Shown here: piece by piece, positions 24,901-36,634 of the stretch
Numbering within the stretch: the first letter of the stretch is position 1
Layout of the letters: each line of letters starts with the position of its first letter
From: Nemertoderma westbladi
Lineage: Eukaryota > Animalia > Xenacoelomorpha
NCBI GenBank assembly: GCA_032718475.1
Contig: JAUCBJ010004420.1
Location: 62,001-126,000 of the forward strand
DNA: 64,000 nt
Reading direction: 5' to 3'
The notes under the pieces: model-generated
Seen by the model: the letters and a program-made list of their open reading frames with translations, nothing else
Database searches by the model: none
What the model was told of the DNA's origin: nothing
Position numbers and translations under genes: made by a program

Positions 24901-27220
24901 ATACATAGCAAGAATATACGATCCCCTAGGCCTAGCATCCCCATTACTAGTCACGGGGAAACAGATACTCAAGAGAGTATATAAACTGAAGGATGAGTGG
25001 GACGTAGAGGTATCAGAAGAAATCAAGAAACAGTGGTGTAAGTGGACAGAAGTTTTGGAGAAGATGGGAACATACAGCATGCCGTGAGTGTATTTCCCGA
25101 ATGGGGACATGACGAACCTGGATCTGCACATGTTCTCCGATGCGTCACTAGAGGCATACGGAGCGGCACTTTATTTAGTACAACGAGAGGGGCCTTATAA
25201 GCCCAGACTTGCCTTCAGCAAGGCGAAGTCAACGCCACCAGATTCGGCATCGGTTCCCAAACTAGAGTTGACAGCGGCGAGGCTAGGAGTTAGGGCCACA
25301 GCCTACATAATGGACGCTATTCCCAACATAGTGGAAACACACTACTGGATGGATTCCATGGTAGTGCTTGGCTGGCTACATAACGAGAAAACGCGATACC
25401 CTATATTCGTCGCAAATAGAGTGGATGAAATAAGGGCGATGACAGAGTTAGGAAGGTGGCACTACTGCCCTACGGACGAGAATCCAGCAGACTTGTTATC
25501 GAGGGGCGTGGCACGCCACACTTTCTCAAAAAAGGAAGAATTGTGGCAACACGGGCCGCAGTTTCTGAGCGACAAGGAGGCCTGGCCGCCGATGAGAAAG
25601 GTGGACCCGGGCTCAGGAGAGGTAGTATCAGAGGGAGAAGAGGGAGATTCAGAGGGAGAAGAGATATACTCCCAGATGGTGAGGGAGATAAGGGACGTGC
25701 AACCTAAACTGGAAGAACTGTGCGTTAACCCGAAGGACAAACTCCTTAGCTACAGCTCTAGTTGGTATAAGACCAAGAAATTAGTGGCGTACTGGAGAGC
25801 CTTCGGGAATTTCCTCGCGGGAGTTGGCAAAGGCAAAAGGATCAGGACAACAATATATCTGGAAGAAGCGGCCAAAGCAGTAATCCGCTATGAACAACGG
25901 AAGAGCTATGGCGACGAGGTGGAACGTGTCGGTAAACAACAGCATCTCCGACGGGACAGCGAGTTGATCACGCTGTCACCACAACTTAATGACGACGGGA
26001 TTCTAGTAATGAACTCCAGGGTGGGATACAACAACAGCATAGTCATACCACCGAAACCCATCATCATTCCCACAGGATTGCCAATAATCCACCAGATTAT
26101 CTGGGACTCCCACAAGTCAATATTGCACGGGGGCACCAACCGAACCCTTACGGAGATACGGAGGACCTTTTGGGTCAAGCAGTTGAGGAAGAAGGTAAAA
26201 GCGGTAGTGGGGCAGTGCCAGACCTGCCGACGAGCGAAGAAGGAGCGAGCCATACAAGAGATGGCACCACTACCAGCGAGTAGAGTAAGACAGCATGACC
26301 CGCCATTTACACATTGCGGTGTGGACATGTTCGGGCCGATAAAGATCAAGGTGATGCGGCGCACGGAGAAACGCTACGGTATTATCTTCGTATGTAATAA
26401 CACACGGGCGGTAGGGATAGAACTCGCCCAAGATGCAACTGCATCAGCATTTATCAATGCATTAGAAAGGTTCAGAGACCGCAAAGGTGGGACGATCGCA
26501 GTAATGTACTCCGACAGCGGAACCAACTTTGTGGGAGCAGAGAACGAGATGGCAGAGGCCTTGGACATCTTGGAAGGGGAAGAAGTCAGGGCAGCCATGA
26601 GACGACGACAAGTAAAGTGGGAGAAGAGGACGCCGTATGCACAGCATATGCTAGGATGCGTCGAGAGAATCGTGGGTAGTTCGAAGCGTCTTATGACGAA
26701 GTGGATGAACACCCTTATGGTTACGGAGAACGTCTTGAGAACAGTACTTGCGAAGTGTGTGGGTATCATTAATAGCAAACCGCTATATCCGGAGAATGAT
26801 GACCCTGAGTCACTAGATGTGCTGATGCCCAGCCATTTTTTAATGGAAAGGCCAGCGACCATCGATATGAGGGGTGTAGATCCAGACGACATACACTCCC
26901 ACCAGAGTTGGAAAGTCGCTAAAGCGATAAGAGCAGAGTATTGGAGGAGGTGGGTTGAGGAATACCTACCCACGCTTCACAAAAGAAGCAAGTGGAGGAA
27001 GACGAATAGGGAGTTAAGAGTGGGAGATCTCGTGATCGTTACGGATGATACTATCATCAACAACCAGTGGCGGTTGGCGAGAGTTGTAGGCACTTACTCC
27101 GATGAGGACGGAAGAGTCCGATTGGTAGAAGTGCGGATAGGTGGCAAGATAGGTGCGAAGGACAGAAAAACCTACAGGAGAGCTGTAGGGAAATGCTGTC
27201 TATTAGAAGGGGCACCTTAG
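18923..27220 (+). pseudogene. Bel/Pao 1 gag-pol, broken by stops and frameshifts
   Basis: Coiled-coil gag repeats; DUF1759-like PFKFDGSRPEEY; protease LVDSGA; RT YYLPLH, KLRMVVDAS, FYVDD; RNase H/peptidase A17 region LHMFSDAS, VPKLEL, NPADLLSRG; integrase H-x3-H/CQTC, GVDMFGP, SDSGTNF, ERIV. Confidence 0.92.
20917..21090 (+). repeat. 60-bp tandem repeat (about 3 copies) inside the Bel/Pao 1 gag region
   Basis: DGGLVGHVVSRQEVAGLSRA repeated. Confidence 0.85.
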
Positions 27221-27888
27221 ATTGGAGTCAGGGAGGAGTTTAGTCGTCCAAGTTTTGGACTGGGGGGGGTGGGATTGACGGGGGGAGGGCGAGACGCCCT
27301 TCCCACACAAAAAATAAAAATAAAATAAATAAAAATTAGGAGTTAGTTAGAAGGTACGTAGTACCTAGAGTTAGTTAGTTAGTTAGTTAGGAGGTACGTA
27401 GTACCGAGAGAGAGAGTTAGTTAGTTAGTTAGTTAGTTAGTTAGGAGGTACGTAGTACCGAGAGTTAGGAGTTAGTTAGTTAGAGGTGTTAGAGAAGTAG
27501 TAAGAGGGTACGTAGTACCGATGGTTAGTAGAGTTAGAGTAGTTAGTTAGAGGGTACGTAGTACTGTTAGTTAGTAGAGAGGGTTAGTAGAGTTAGAGGA
27601 GTTAGTAGGAGGGTACGTAGTACCGGTTAGTAAGAGTAGAGTCGGGAGTTAGTAAGAGGGTACGTAGTACCGGTTAGTAAGAGTAGAGTTAGATGAGTTA
27701 GTAAGAGGGTACGTAGTACCGATAGTACCGATAGTACTGATGTACTATTTGTATGTACTGATGTGCTATTTGATTTGGATTGCTGTTACTGCTGCCGTAC
27801 CAGTAAGTACACCCTATTGATAACTGCCAGACTGCGTGGCACCTTATTGTTGATTCCGAGTTCACGCGTCGCTTTTGCCGGCGTTAGG

Positions 27889-30800
27889 ATGGCTGCTTGC
27901 TGCGGCTGCAACGGAAAGTCCGGGCGCTGCAAAAAATGTGTATGCGTCAGGAATGACGTGCGCTGCATATCGTGTGCCCCAGGAAGAAACGGTAATTGTG
28001 AGAACTGACGGCATCCTTACTCTCAACCTTTACCGGATCGCCACAACGAATCCACTTTTTCCCCGAGGTCAGCCTCTCAGCCGGTTAACCCAGTCGCACC
28101 AGAAAGTCTAGCTGACGAAACTTTACTGGACGAAACTTTCTTGGGCGGACCTCCGATCGCCAATGTGTCTCCGCTTACCGCCAGTCCGTCAGAAACGCGG
28201 AACTCTTCAGTTTGGTCTCCGGGCGCAGCGCGAGAGAGGGCCAATGCTATCCTCTCAAGATTTCGCAGTCCCGAGACAATCTCTGCTGCGGCACCACAGG
28301 GGACACCACAGTCGGGGTCACCACAGCCCGGGGTACCACAGTTTGGGGTCCCACAGTCGGGGACACCACAGTCAGGGTCACCACAGTCCGGGGCACCACA
28401 GTCCGGGGTAACACAGTTGGGGGCACCCCAGCCAGGGGCACCACAGACAGGGTCACGACACCCAGAGGCACCACAGGTGGGGGCACCACACACGGGGTCA
28501 CCACAGCCGGGGGTGCCACAGACAGGATCACCACAGTCCGGGTCACCACGGTCCGGGGTACCACAGTTGGGGGCACCACAGCCAGGGGCACCACAGACGG
28601 GGTCAAAACACCCAGAAGCACCACAGGTGGGGGCACCACACACGGGGTCACCACAGCCGGGGGCGCCACAGACGGGGTCACCACAGCCCGGGTCTCCACA
28701 GCCCGGAGCACCACAAACGGGGGCACCAAAGCCTGGGGAAACACAGGCGGGGTTACCACAGTCCGGGGCTACACAGTTGGGGGCACCACAGCCGGGGTCA
28801 CCACAGCCAGAGGCACCACAGATGGAGTCACCAGAGACGGGGTCACCACAGACGGTAGCAACACACACGGGGTCACCAGAGACGGAGTCACCACAGACAG
28901 GGGCACCACACACGGGGTCACCACCGAAGAGGGCACCACAGCCGGGAGCACCACTCATGGGGGCACCACAGCCGGGGGCACCACAGCCAGGGGCACCACT
29001 CACGGGGGCACCACAGACGGGGGCTCCACAGGCGGGGTCACCACAGCCAGAGGCACCACAGACGGGGGCTCCACAGGCGGGGTCACCACAGCCGGAGGCA
29101 CCACAGACGGGGGCACCACACGCGGGATCACCACAGACGGGGTCACCACAGAAGGGGTCACCACAGACGGGGGCACCACTCACGGGGGCACCACATTCCG
29201 GGGCACCACAGTCCGGTGTAACACAATCCGGGGCACCACCAACTGGTGTCTCCACGGGACACAGACCAACATCAATAACCTGGTATGGGGTTAACTTTCA
29301 ACTCGAACAGTTTACACAGACCATCCACAGAGTCCACGAGGCGATAGTACATTGGCGTCCCAATTTATTCCTCCTACCCCTCGGCACTGTCGGAAGAGAG
29401 GTCGTCCAGGAGATGGCCCGACTCCTACATATCTTCAATGTTGGCTCGCCTTCAGTGGACGCAGCGATTACAGCGCAAATGATTCTACCCGCTCTGTTGC
29501 TACAGAAGCCGAGTCGATCCTCAACCACCTCCACCCATCGGCGAATACTGGAACGGCGACTCGCATCGTGGAAAGCGGGGGAATTCGACGAGCTGTTTAA
29601 GGAGGCCAGCGCGATTCAATCCCACTTGCCGAAATTATCTGGCCGAGCAAAACAGCTTCGGAATGTCGCCGCGGAGAGAGCTTTTTGCAAGCACATGTTG
29701 ACGGGAAATGTTTCGGCAGCAGTGCGATCACTTGATGAGATGGCCAAGGGACAGATATTAAACCTCGACGAGATTACGAGTGATAAACACGGGGTCAAGA
29801 AATCAGTTCGTGAGTTTCTGCTGGATAAACACCCGGCCCCTACTCCGGCCGATAATTCGACTCTACTGGACTTTTTCGACCACGCCCCCGAATTCCATAA
29901 CGTCATCTTCGAGCGAATTGATGCACAGCTCATCCAGTCGATGTTCCTGCGTTTTCGGGGTAACGCAGCGGGACCATCAGGACTTGACGTGCAAGGGTGG
30001 AAACACATCATAACTCGGTTCCGCAACCCTTCCGTCGATCTGTGCGCCAGTATCGCCAATATGACTAAGAAGATGGCTCAGTCCGAGATCAACCCAGTCG
30101 AACTGTCGTCTCTGCTATCGGCCCGATTGATTGCAATCGATAAATGTCCAGGGGTCCGCCCAATCGGGATTGGCGAGGTGTTACTGAGGGTCATCGGAAA
30201 ATCGATAGTCCAGTGTGTCTCTGATGATCTCCAGACTGTCGCCGGTACCACCCAGCTCTGCTGCAACCAGAAGGCGGGAATTGAGCACGCCATACACAGC
30301 CTCAACGACGTGTTCACTACTGATGACTGTGAGGCTGTGCTCCAGGTGGATGCAAATAACGCGTTCAACTCGTTGAACCGAGCAGCTGCTATCCACAACA
30401 TCCGCCGTGTCTGTCCATCCCTCCACACTATCGTGTCGAACTGTTACTCTCTGCCGACAAAGCTTTATATCGGTGGAGAGTATATCCTATCGGCGGAAGG
30501 ATCGACCCAGGGGGACCCCATCGCTATGCCCATGTACGCTATGGGTATGCTCCCGTTAATCGGTGAGTTGGACGATGCATCCGGAGCACTGCAGAAATGG
30601 TATGCCGACGACGCAAACGCAGCGGGTTCACTGGTGGAACTCAGGAAGTTTTGGGAGTGTCTGGCACGGCGGGGTCCATTATACGGATATAATCCGACGA
30701 AGTGCCATCTGTTGGTGAAGCCGGAAAGGTTGGAGGAGGCTCAACGGATGTTCCCGGAGGATTGTTTTACCATCGGGATCCATGGAAATAAACTGCTCGG

Positions 30801-32115
30801 TGGGGTAATCGGGACAGATGAGTTCCGGGAGGACTTTGTCCGGTCGAAAGTCGATGAGTTTGTCGCCCAGATACAGCGACTCAGCGAGGTGGCAACAATC
30901 GACCCACACTGCGCATATGTGGGACTGGCCGTCGGATTGGTCGCACGATGGAGGTTTGTTGCGCGAGTTGTCCCTGGAGCAATGGAGTTCTTCGTTAAAC
31001 TCGAGGAATCCGTCGTTCAGTTCCTACAGGGATTTACAAACCGCCCCAGTATATCGTCCTCGGAACGCGAACTGTTCTGGCTACCGGTGCGCCATGGAGG
31101 ATTGGCCATCCCAACACCTACAGACCTAGAACGTGAACACAATAATTCTAGGTGGATTTGTGAACCGTACACCAACCTCGAAACACCGGAAGCCATAAAG
31201 GAGTCGCAGCGACAGATCGCAACCAGAATAAAGGCCAGCGCCGTGGAACAACTCAAAATTAAAGTAGAAACAGCCAGCAGCCATTTACCTGTACATCAAC
31301 AGAAGTTGAGGGAGTTGGTTGCTGAACCCGGGGCCTCGGCCTGGCTAAACGCGCGTCCAATAACCCTCCTCGACACCCATCTCAGTAAGGAGGAGTTTCG
31401 TGATGCCTTGTGTCTACGTTATGGGTGGCAACCCGATTCGCTTCCCGCCCGTTGTGCCTGTGGGACAAGATTTTCAACCAACCATGTCTTGTCCTGTCCC
31501 ACCGGCGGTTATCCGTCGATTCGGCACAACGAACTGCGGGATTTCGTCGCCTCCACCCTAACGGAAGTTGCCCACAACGTCACCATCGAGCCGCACCTGC
31601 AGCCAATTACCGGCGAGCAGTTTAACCGCGCGTCCACCTCCATTGACCAACAAGCCCGGCTGGATGTCTCAGTTTCCGGTTCCTGGGGGAGTCGATTCCA
31701 GAAGACGTTTATTGACGTCTCAGTTTTCAATCCCCTCGCCCCAACGAACGCAGCTATGGAACTCAACGCCGCCCATCAGTTCCACGAGAACCGGAAACGG
31801 AACAAATATCAGGAACGGATCAGGGAGGTCGAACTCGCGACGTTTACACCCCTCATATTTTCAGCGTTGGGGGGTATCTCGCCCACTACAACGCTGTTTG
31901 TGAAGCATCTCGCTTCCAAGTTGGCGGAACGTCGCGAGACGCCATATAGCGAATGTGTGAACTGGGTGCGACGGCAACTCAGTTTCGCCTTGCTGAGGGC
32001 CTCGCTCATGTGCGTCCGTGGCTCTAGGTCTGCCCGTAAACGCCCAGCAGGCACATATCAGGACATCGCCCAAGCCTCCATCCGGTTGGCAAATGCTGAT
32101 ACACGAATAAACTAA
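27889..32115 (+). CDS. CRE ORF: Cys-rich N-terminus, pentapeptide repeat, RT, CCHC zinc knuckle, RLE; one in-frame TGA at 28006-28008
   Basis: MAACCGCNGKSGRCKKCVC...; AAGPSG, RPIGIGE, QGDP, WYADD; CACG...H..SC, RHNE, LDVSV...FIDV, ENRKRNKY. ATG 27889 is in frame with the 28141-32115 ORF. Confidence 0.85.
28290..29240 (+). repeat. 15-bp coding minisatellite, G-(A/S)-P-Q-x, roughly 60 units
   Basis: GGG(G/T)CACCACAG(A/C/T)CG periodicity. Confidence 0.92.
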
Positions 32116-33349
32116 TTTTGAAATTCCCGCTAAGCCAAGCAACATTGTACAGTAGCCTGGTGGTGGGTGAGGTTTTTCTTATTTTTTATAACTTTTATGT
32201 GTCTTTTTATATATTTGTCAAGTTTGTCAATAAAAATAAAAAAAGCACTAAGCAGCCAAAAAAAAAAAAAAAAAAACCGATAGTTAGTGGAGTTAGAGGA
32301 GTTAGTAGGAGGGTATGTAGTACCGGTTAGTAAGAGTAGAGTCGGGAGTTAGTAAGAGGGTACGTAATACCGGCTAGTAAGAGTAGTAGTTAGTTAAAGA
32401 ACTAGTTAGTAGGAGGGTGCATAGAGCACCGTTAGTAGTAAGAATCAGTGATAGGGGGGTATAAATAGTGTATAGTAAGAGATAAGAGAACACAATATAT
32501 CATAGAAATAGTAGCCAGGAAGGTAGGTAGGGTTAGTAGCACAAAATCTGAAATAAAAAATTAAGGATATTAGAATCACCTCCGAACTACAGAAGAGCCT
32601 TCAAGATGGCCTTCGGAGGTCTGGATAGACATCACATGGGGGAAATTGGAAGTGAATAGATTAGGGGAGAAGCGACTGGAAGAAGTCGCCAGGGGAGAAA
32701 GGCCGAGAGGAAATGAGGCGCGTTATGTAGACGAGCATATAATATAACATATGATAATAATAACCTTATAATAACTATATAAGTAAAATCATGTATGTAT
32801 ATTATAAAGTACGTACCGTAGTCAAGCATAACCTTTTCCAATTAGCTACTGGGACTGGGGACTAATCGACCATGGTAGTGTAAGTCACAGACGAGACGCT
32901 GACAACATCATACTTCTTGAGTGCGACGGCACGAAAGGGGGGTGAGGCTCGTCAGAAACGAGAGGGTGAGATAGGGCGAGATATGAGTGATAGAGCGCGG
33001 AGTGTGGAGAGAGTGTGGGCGCAATTCAAATGTGGGGGGGGAGAAGTAAGAGGCGGAGTGAGGGACGAGGAGGTCCGAGAGTATTCGAGAGTTAGGGTGA
33101 GAGTGGAGGAGAGTCAGGGCGAAAGTGTTGGGGAAACAAAAATGGTGTGAGAGGAGCGCACGATCGGCCCGACATGGGATGCCAGGCGAACAGGGTAGCA
33201 TTATTATACCCATAGGGAGCGGCCTGGAAAGCCGGCTCCGAGAAAAAATAGGCCCACCCCACACCCGATACTAGATCGGGATCCAACGGAATTGTAGCGC
33301 ACTTTAGGTGGATGCTATCTTCTCACCGGGAAGATAGCATGGGGGGGAG

Positions 33350-33884
33350 TGTTAGCTTATTCAATTCCACTAACACCCCACAAAGTAAGCCGTTAAGCAA
33401 TATTGGGGGCCACGAGGTTGGGTAACCAACCACTCGTGCCACCCCAACAAAGTGGGAAGGAGAAATACACAATAGGGGTCAGGGGCCATACCCCTAACCG
33501 AGAGAGAACAGAAGGAGTGAGGGGAAACACTCCAAAGGGCGCCAACAGGGATATTAGCCAATCAGGGGGGAAGCATCGACTAGGTACTGTAACAAGGCCG
33601 ACCCGTGCAATATAATAGCAGTTACCAATGTATCATTTAGTCAGTGACCCAGTTAATGTCAGTTCGGTTAGCTAGGAAAGTACCGGGACTTAATCACCGT
33701 TTCCCGCCTTCCATATACTATTGTTACTCACTTATTCATTATACGATCACTCTATTTATACTATTATACCCGGAGATTATATACGCATACGACGAACAAC
33801 GCAAACTCTTTTACCTTTCACACACGGCGGGGACGCGTAGATTGACAAACGGATAAATCGGGATCCTTCGTGGATCCCGTCACA
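33350..33884 (+). repeat. 3' LTR of Bel/Pao 1 (535 bp)
   Basis: Direct repeat of 18329-18852 with several substitutions and small indels. Confidence 0.95.
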
Positions 33885-35795
33885 AAGTGTGAATCCCAGA
33901 TCTTCACCCTTTGTGGCCATCCTCATTGCGTAATCCAGCACAATTACAAATAGTAATGGTGCTAATGTGTCACCTTGCAGTACGCCAGCCAGGATTGAGA
34001 AAAATTCAGTTTCACCATCTGGTGAGAGTACCTGCGCTTCTGTGTCACAATATAGCAATCCATTGCCAGCAACAATTACTTCTGGTATTCCATAAGCTCT
34101 TAGGATTTCAAGCATTTTACCTCTATGGATGGAGTCGAATGCCTTCTTGAAGTCCACAAAAGTCATGACTGCGAAGAGATTCTTTGACTTAATTCCTTCA
34201 ATCAGTCTCCGTAGTGCAAGTATCTGAGCTATTGTTGATCTACTTGGTCGAAATCCGTTTTGGCTCTTACGCAGTACTTTCTATATGTGAGGCCTAATCC
34301 TATATAGAATCATTTTATTGTATATTTTGGCAGCTACCACAAGCAGACAGATCCCACGATAGTTTGTTGGTATGCCGAGGTCTCCTTTCTTGGGGAGAGG
34401 CTTTAGTTGACCTTTAGTCCAAATTGGTGGTGGCTTTTCCCCTTTTAACATCCGGTTGCAAACATTCAATAATGGTCTATTTAGCACTCCGGTTTTCCAT
34501 ACCTCCGCTGGGATTTCATCTAATCTACTCGCTTTATTATTGGACATGCTTTTAATGCTTCTTTGGAGTTCGGCAGGTGTGAAGTCCCCTGTTTCTATAG
34601 GTAGTGTCTTGTCATATATTTTCCTTGTAGGGCTGACCTCGATGTTTGGTGGCTGCCCAAGCAAGTTGCTGAAGTGATTTTTCCACTTCCCAACACGTTC
34701 TTCAGGACTATCGGCTTTGAGGCGCCCCTTTGCACAACTTTTCCGACCAGATACCTCATTTACAGTTTGCCAGGTAAGTCTTGATTGTTGCTGTATGTGA
34801 GCAGTTGTAATTGCTTCAGTTTTATCCTGTATGTACTTTTCCTGGCTGATGTTGTAGGCCAATTTAAGATCGTCCTTAGCTTTCTCAACCTTGTTAATGT
34901 TTTTGGTTGTTGGTTGTTCGGTTTTAACTTTGTAGGCTATCTTAAGATCTTCATCTTACAAGTAACCTCAGAGTTTTGCCATGGCACGTACTATTTTCGT
35001 TTAGGTTTCTGGGGGATATGCCTCTTAGCTGATTCCTTGTAGGCTGTTATTATATTCTGGTATATTGAATCGGTGGATTGGTCTTCATCCATTGACTGAA
35101 GTGCTTCAAAGCGGTTTTGAACTTCTACTGTATAAGCATCCTTTACAGCATTGTCAGTTCTGAGTTTCTCCCAGTCATAGTTGATTTGCTTGCTTGTCCT
35201 GGGTCTGCTGGCTCTCATACTGAGTCTGATCTCTGCAGTCACAATTATGTGGTCCGAACCAATTAGGTTGAACGAGCTGTATGCCTCGCAGTTGATCATG
35301 CTATTTCTCCACTTTTTGTTTATAAGGATGTAATTCAGTTGTGCTTTGGTTCCATTAGTGTATTGAAAGGTCCATAGCTTCCCCTTACTCTTTTCGAATG
35401 TGTTGTTTGTTGGTATCAATTCACATTCTTCCATTAGTTCTAAGAGTAAGTACCCATTTCTGTTAGAACTGGTGTTATAGGTGTAACCCTTGATGTCTTC
35501 TGGGCCAATTTGCGCATTCAGGATTCAGGATTCAGGATTTGTCTTGGGATTCCCATCAAATGTTGCGATCATAACCCTGGAATTTATAGATTCGATATTG
35601 TTTAGGGTCTTAAGTGCAAATGGGCTTAGCAGAATTCCTACTCCACCAATTGATGCATTGGCCGAGTTTCTTACTGCTGAGCTTGTTACTAACGTCCATC
35701 CATTTCCAATGTCATTGTACTTCATGGCAGTGTCTTCATGACAAATCCGACATTTTGTATAGTTAGGCCTATTGCTGACCGAACGAAAACTGCCC

Positions 35796-35871
35796 TGGTC
35801 CATGCGAGGATCGAACCCCCCCGACCTACTGGAGATGTGAATTCAAAGCAACCACTACACCAAGGTGGAAC
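35796..35871 (-). other. Degenerate tRNA-like segment (A box/B box) in the left arm
   Basis: Minus strand TTGGTGTAGTGGTT...TTCACAT...GGTTCGATCC...TGGACCA; poor cloverleaf pairing. Confidence 0.45.
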
Positions 35872-36634
35872 AGTAACGTTCGAATTTGTTCGTTAACGTT
35901 CGAATTTATAGGACTCTGATTTAAGACCTGAGGCACTCCCCACAGCTGTGACGGGATCAAGGGATCCCGACCAGGTAGAGTCCTTACGCGTCACAGCAGG
36001 CTGATAGATGGATGTAAAAAGGTTTGAGTTTGGTGTTCAACTGACTGACTGATAATATAATATAAATGAACTAATGATAGCATAGAAACAATAACGGTAA
36101 CAAAATGGATAATATGTATTAGGGTGTGTCAAAAAAAATTTATTTTCGATAATAAAGTTTTCCTATCAGAAATGGGATGCCAAATTTATTAAAAATAACT
36201 ACAAAACAAATGAAAACTTTTAATTTTTACATTTGACCCCCGCACGAGCCAACTTTGTTTCGAACGTTTTTTCGAAAATTTAATTTTTTGGAAAATTTTT
36301 TCCTTCGATATTTCAACTTTCCCATATTTTATAGCATTCACGGTTTATTAGTTATGTGTAAGAAATGATAATTTTCCAATTTCACATATGTTCTACCCCC
36401 GCACCTAGCCACCAAAGTAGGTCGTCGCTTACTCAACAAATAATAGGCTTATCTGCAATATTATAATATTAAGCGGGAAATTTGAAACGGAAACGTTTCT
36501 GATTTATTCATAAAACGAAATAGTAATGTGCACCGGTAGGCCTATGCCTTTTCATACTTCACTACTAACTAATGTGCTAGTGTCTTACGTAGAGTAAATT
36601 AGATCTGTCAAACTAGTTGTTAATAATTATTACT

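Larger units (their letters stand above)
27727..32275 (+). mobile_element. CRE-clade non-LTR retrotransposon (RT + restriction-like endonuclease), apparently full length
   Basis: Poly(A) tail at 32258-32276; TSD (A)CCGATAGT at 27718-27726 and 32276-32284; single long ORF. Confidence 0.9.
27338..32445 (+). repeat. Array of GGTAC-GTA-GTACC mini-hairpins with AGTT/AGTAG spacers in the Bel/Pao 1 3' region (27338-27726 and 32277-32445), interrupted by the CRE element
   Basis: About 8 copies before and 3 after the CRE insertion. Confidence 0.85.
18329..33884 (+). mobile_element. Bel/Pao LTR retrotransposon 1 (full structure, decayed)
   Basis: TG...CA LTRs; 5-bp TSD AAGTG at 18324-18328 and 33885-33889; domain order gag-PR-RT-RH-IN; PPT GGGGGGGAG at 33341-33349. 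Confidence 0.95.
17520..35749 (-). mobile_element. RTE-clade LINE family 1, copy B (5'-truncated), split by Bel/Pao element 1
   Basis: 3' part 17520-18328 (includes TDFADD) and 5' part 33885-35749 are near-identical to copy A; TSD ACATTTTGTATA at 17508-17519 and 35750-35761. Confidence 0.92.

Noticed and set aside
27338-27726. CRISPR-like look (palindromic repeat with variable spacers)
   Set aside because: Repeat is only ~13 bp, spacers are low-complexity and related to each other, there are no cas genes, and the context is a eukaryotic LTR element.
28077-29255. 392-aa Cys-rich antisense ORF resembling keratin-associated proteins
   Set aside because: Antisense shadow of the 15-bp coding minisatellite.
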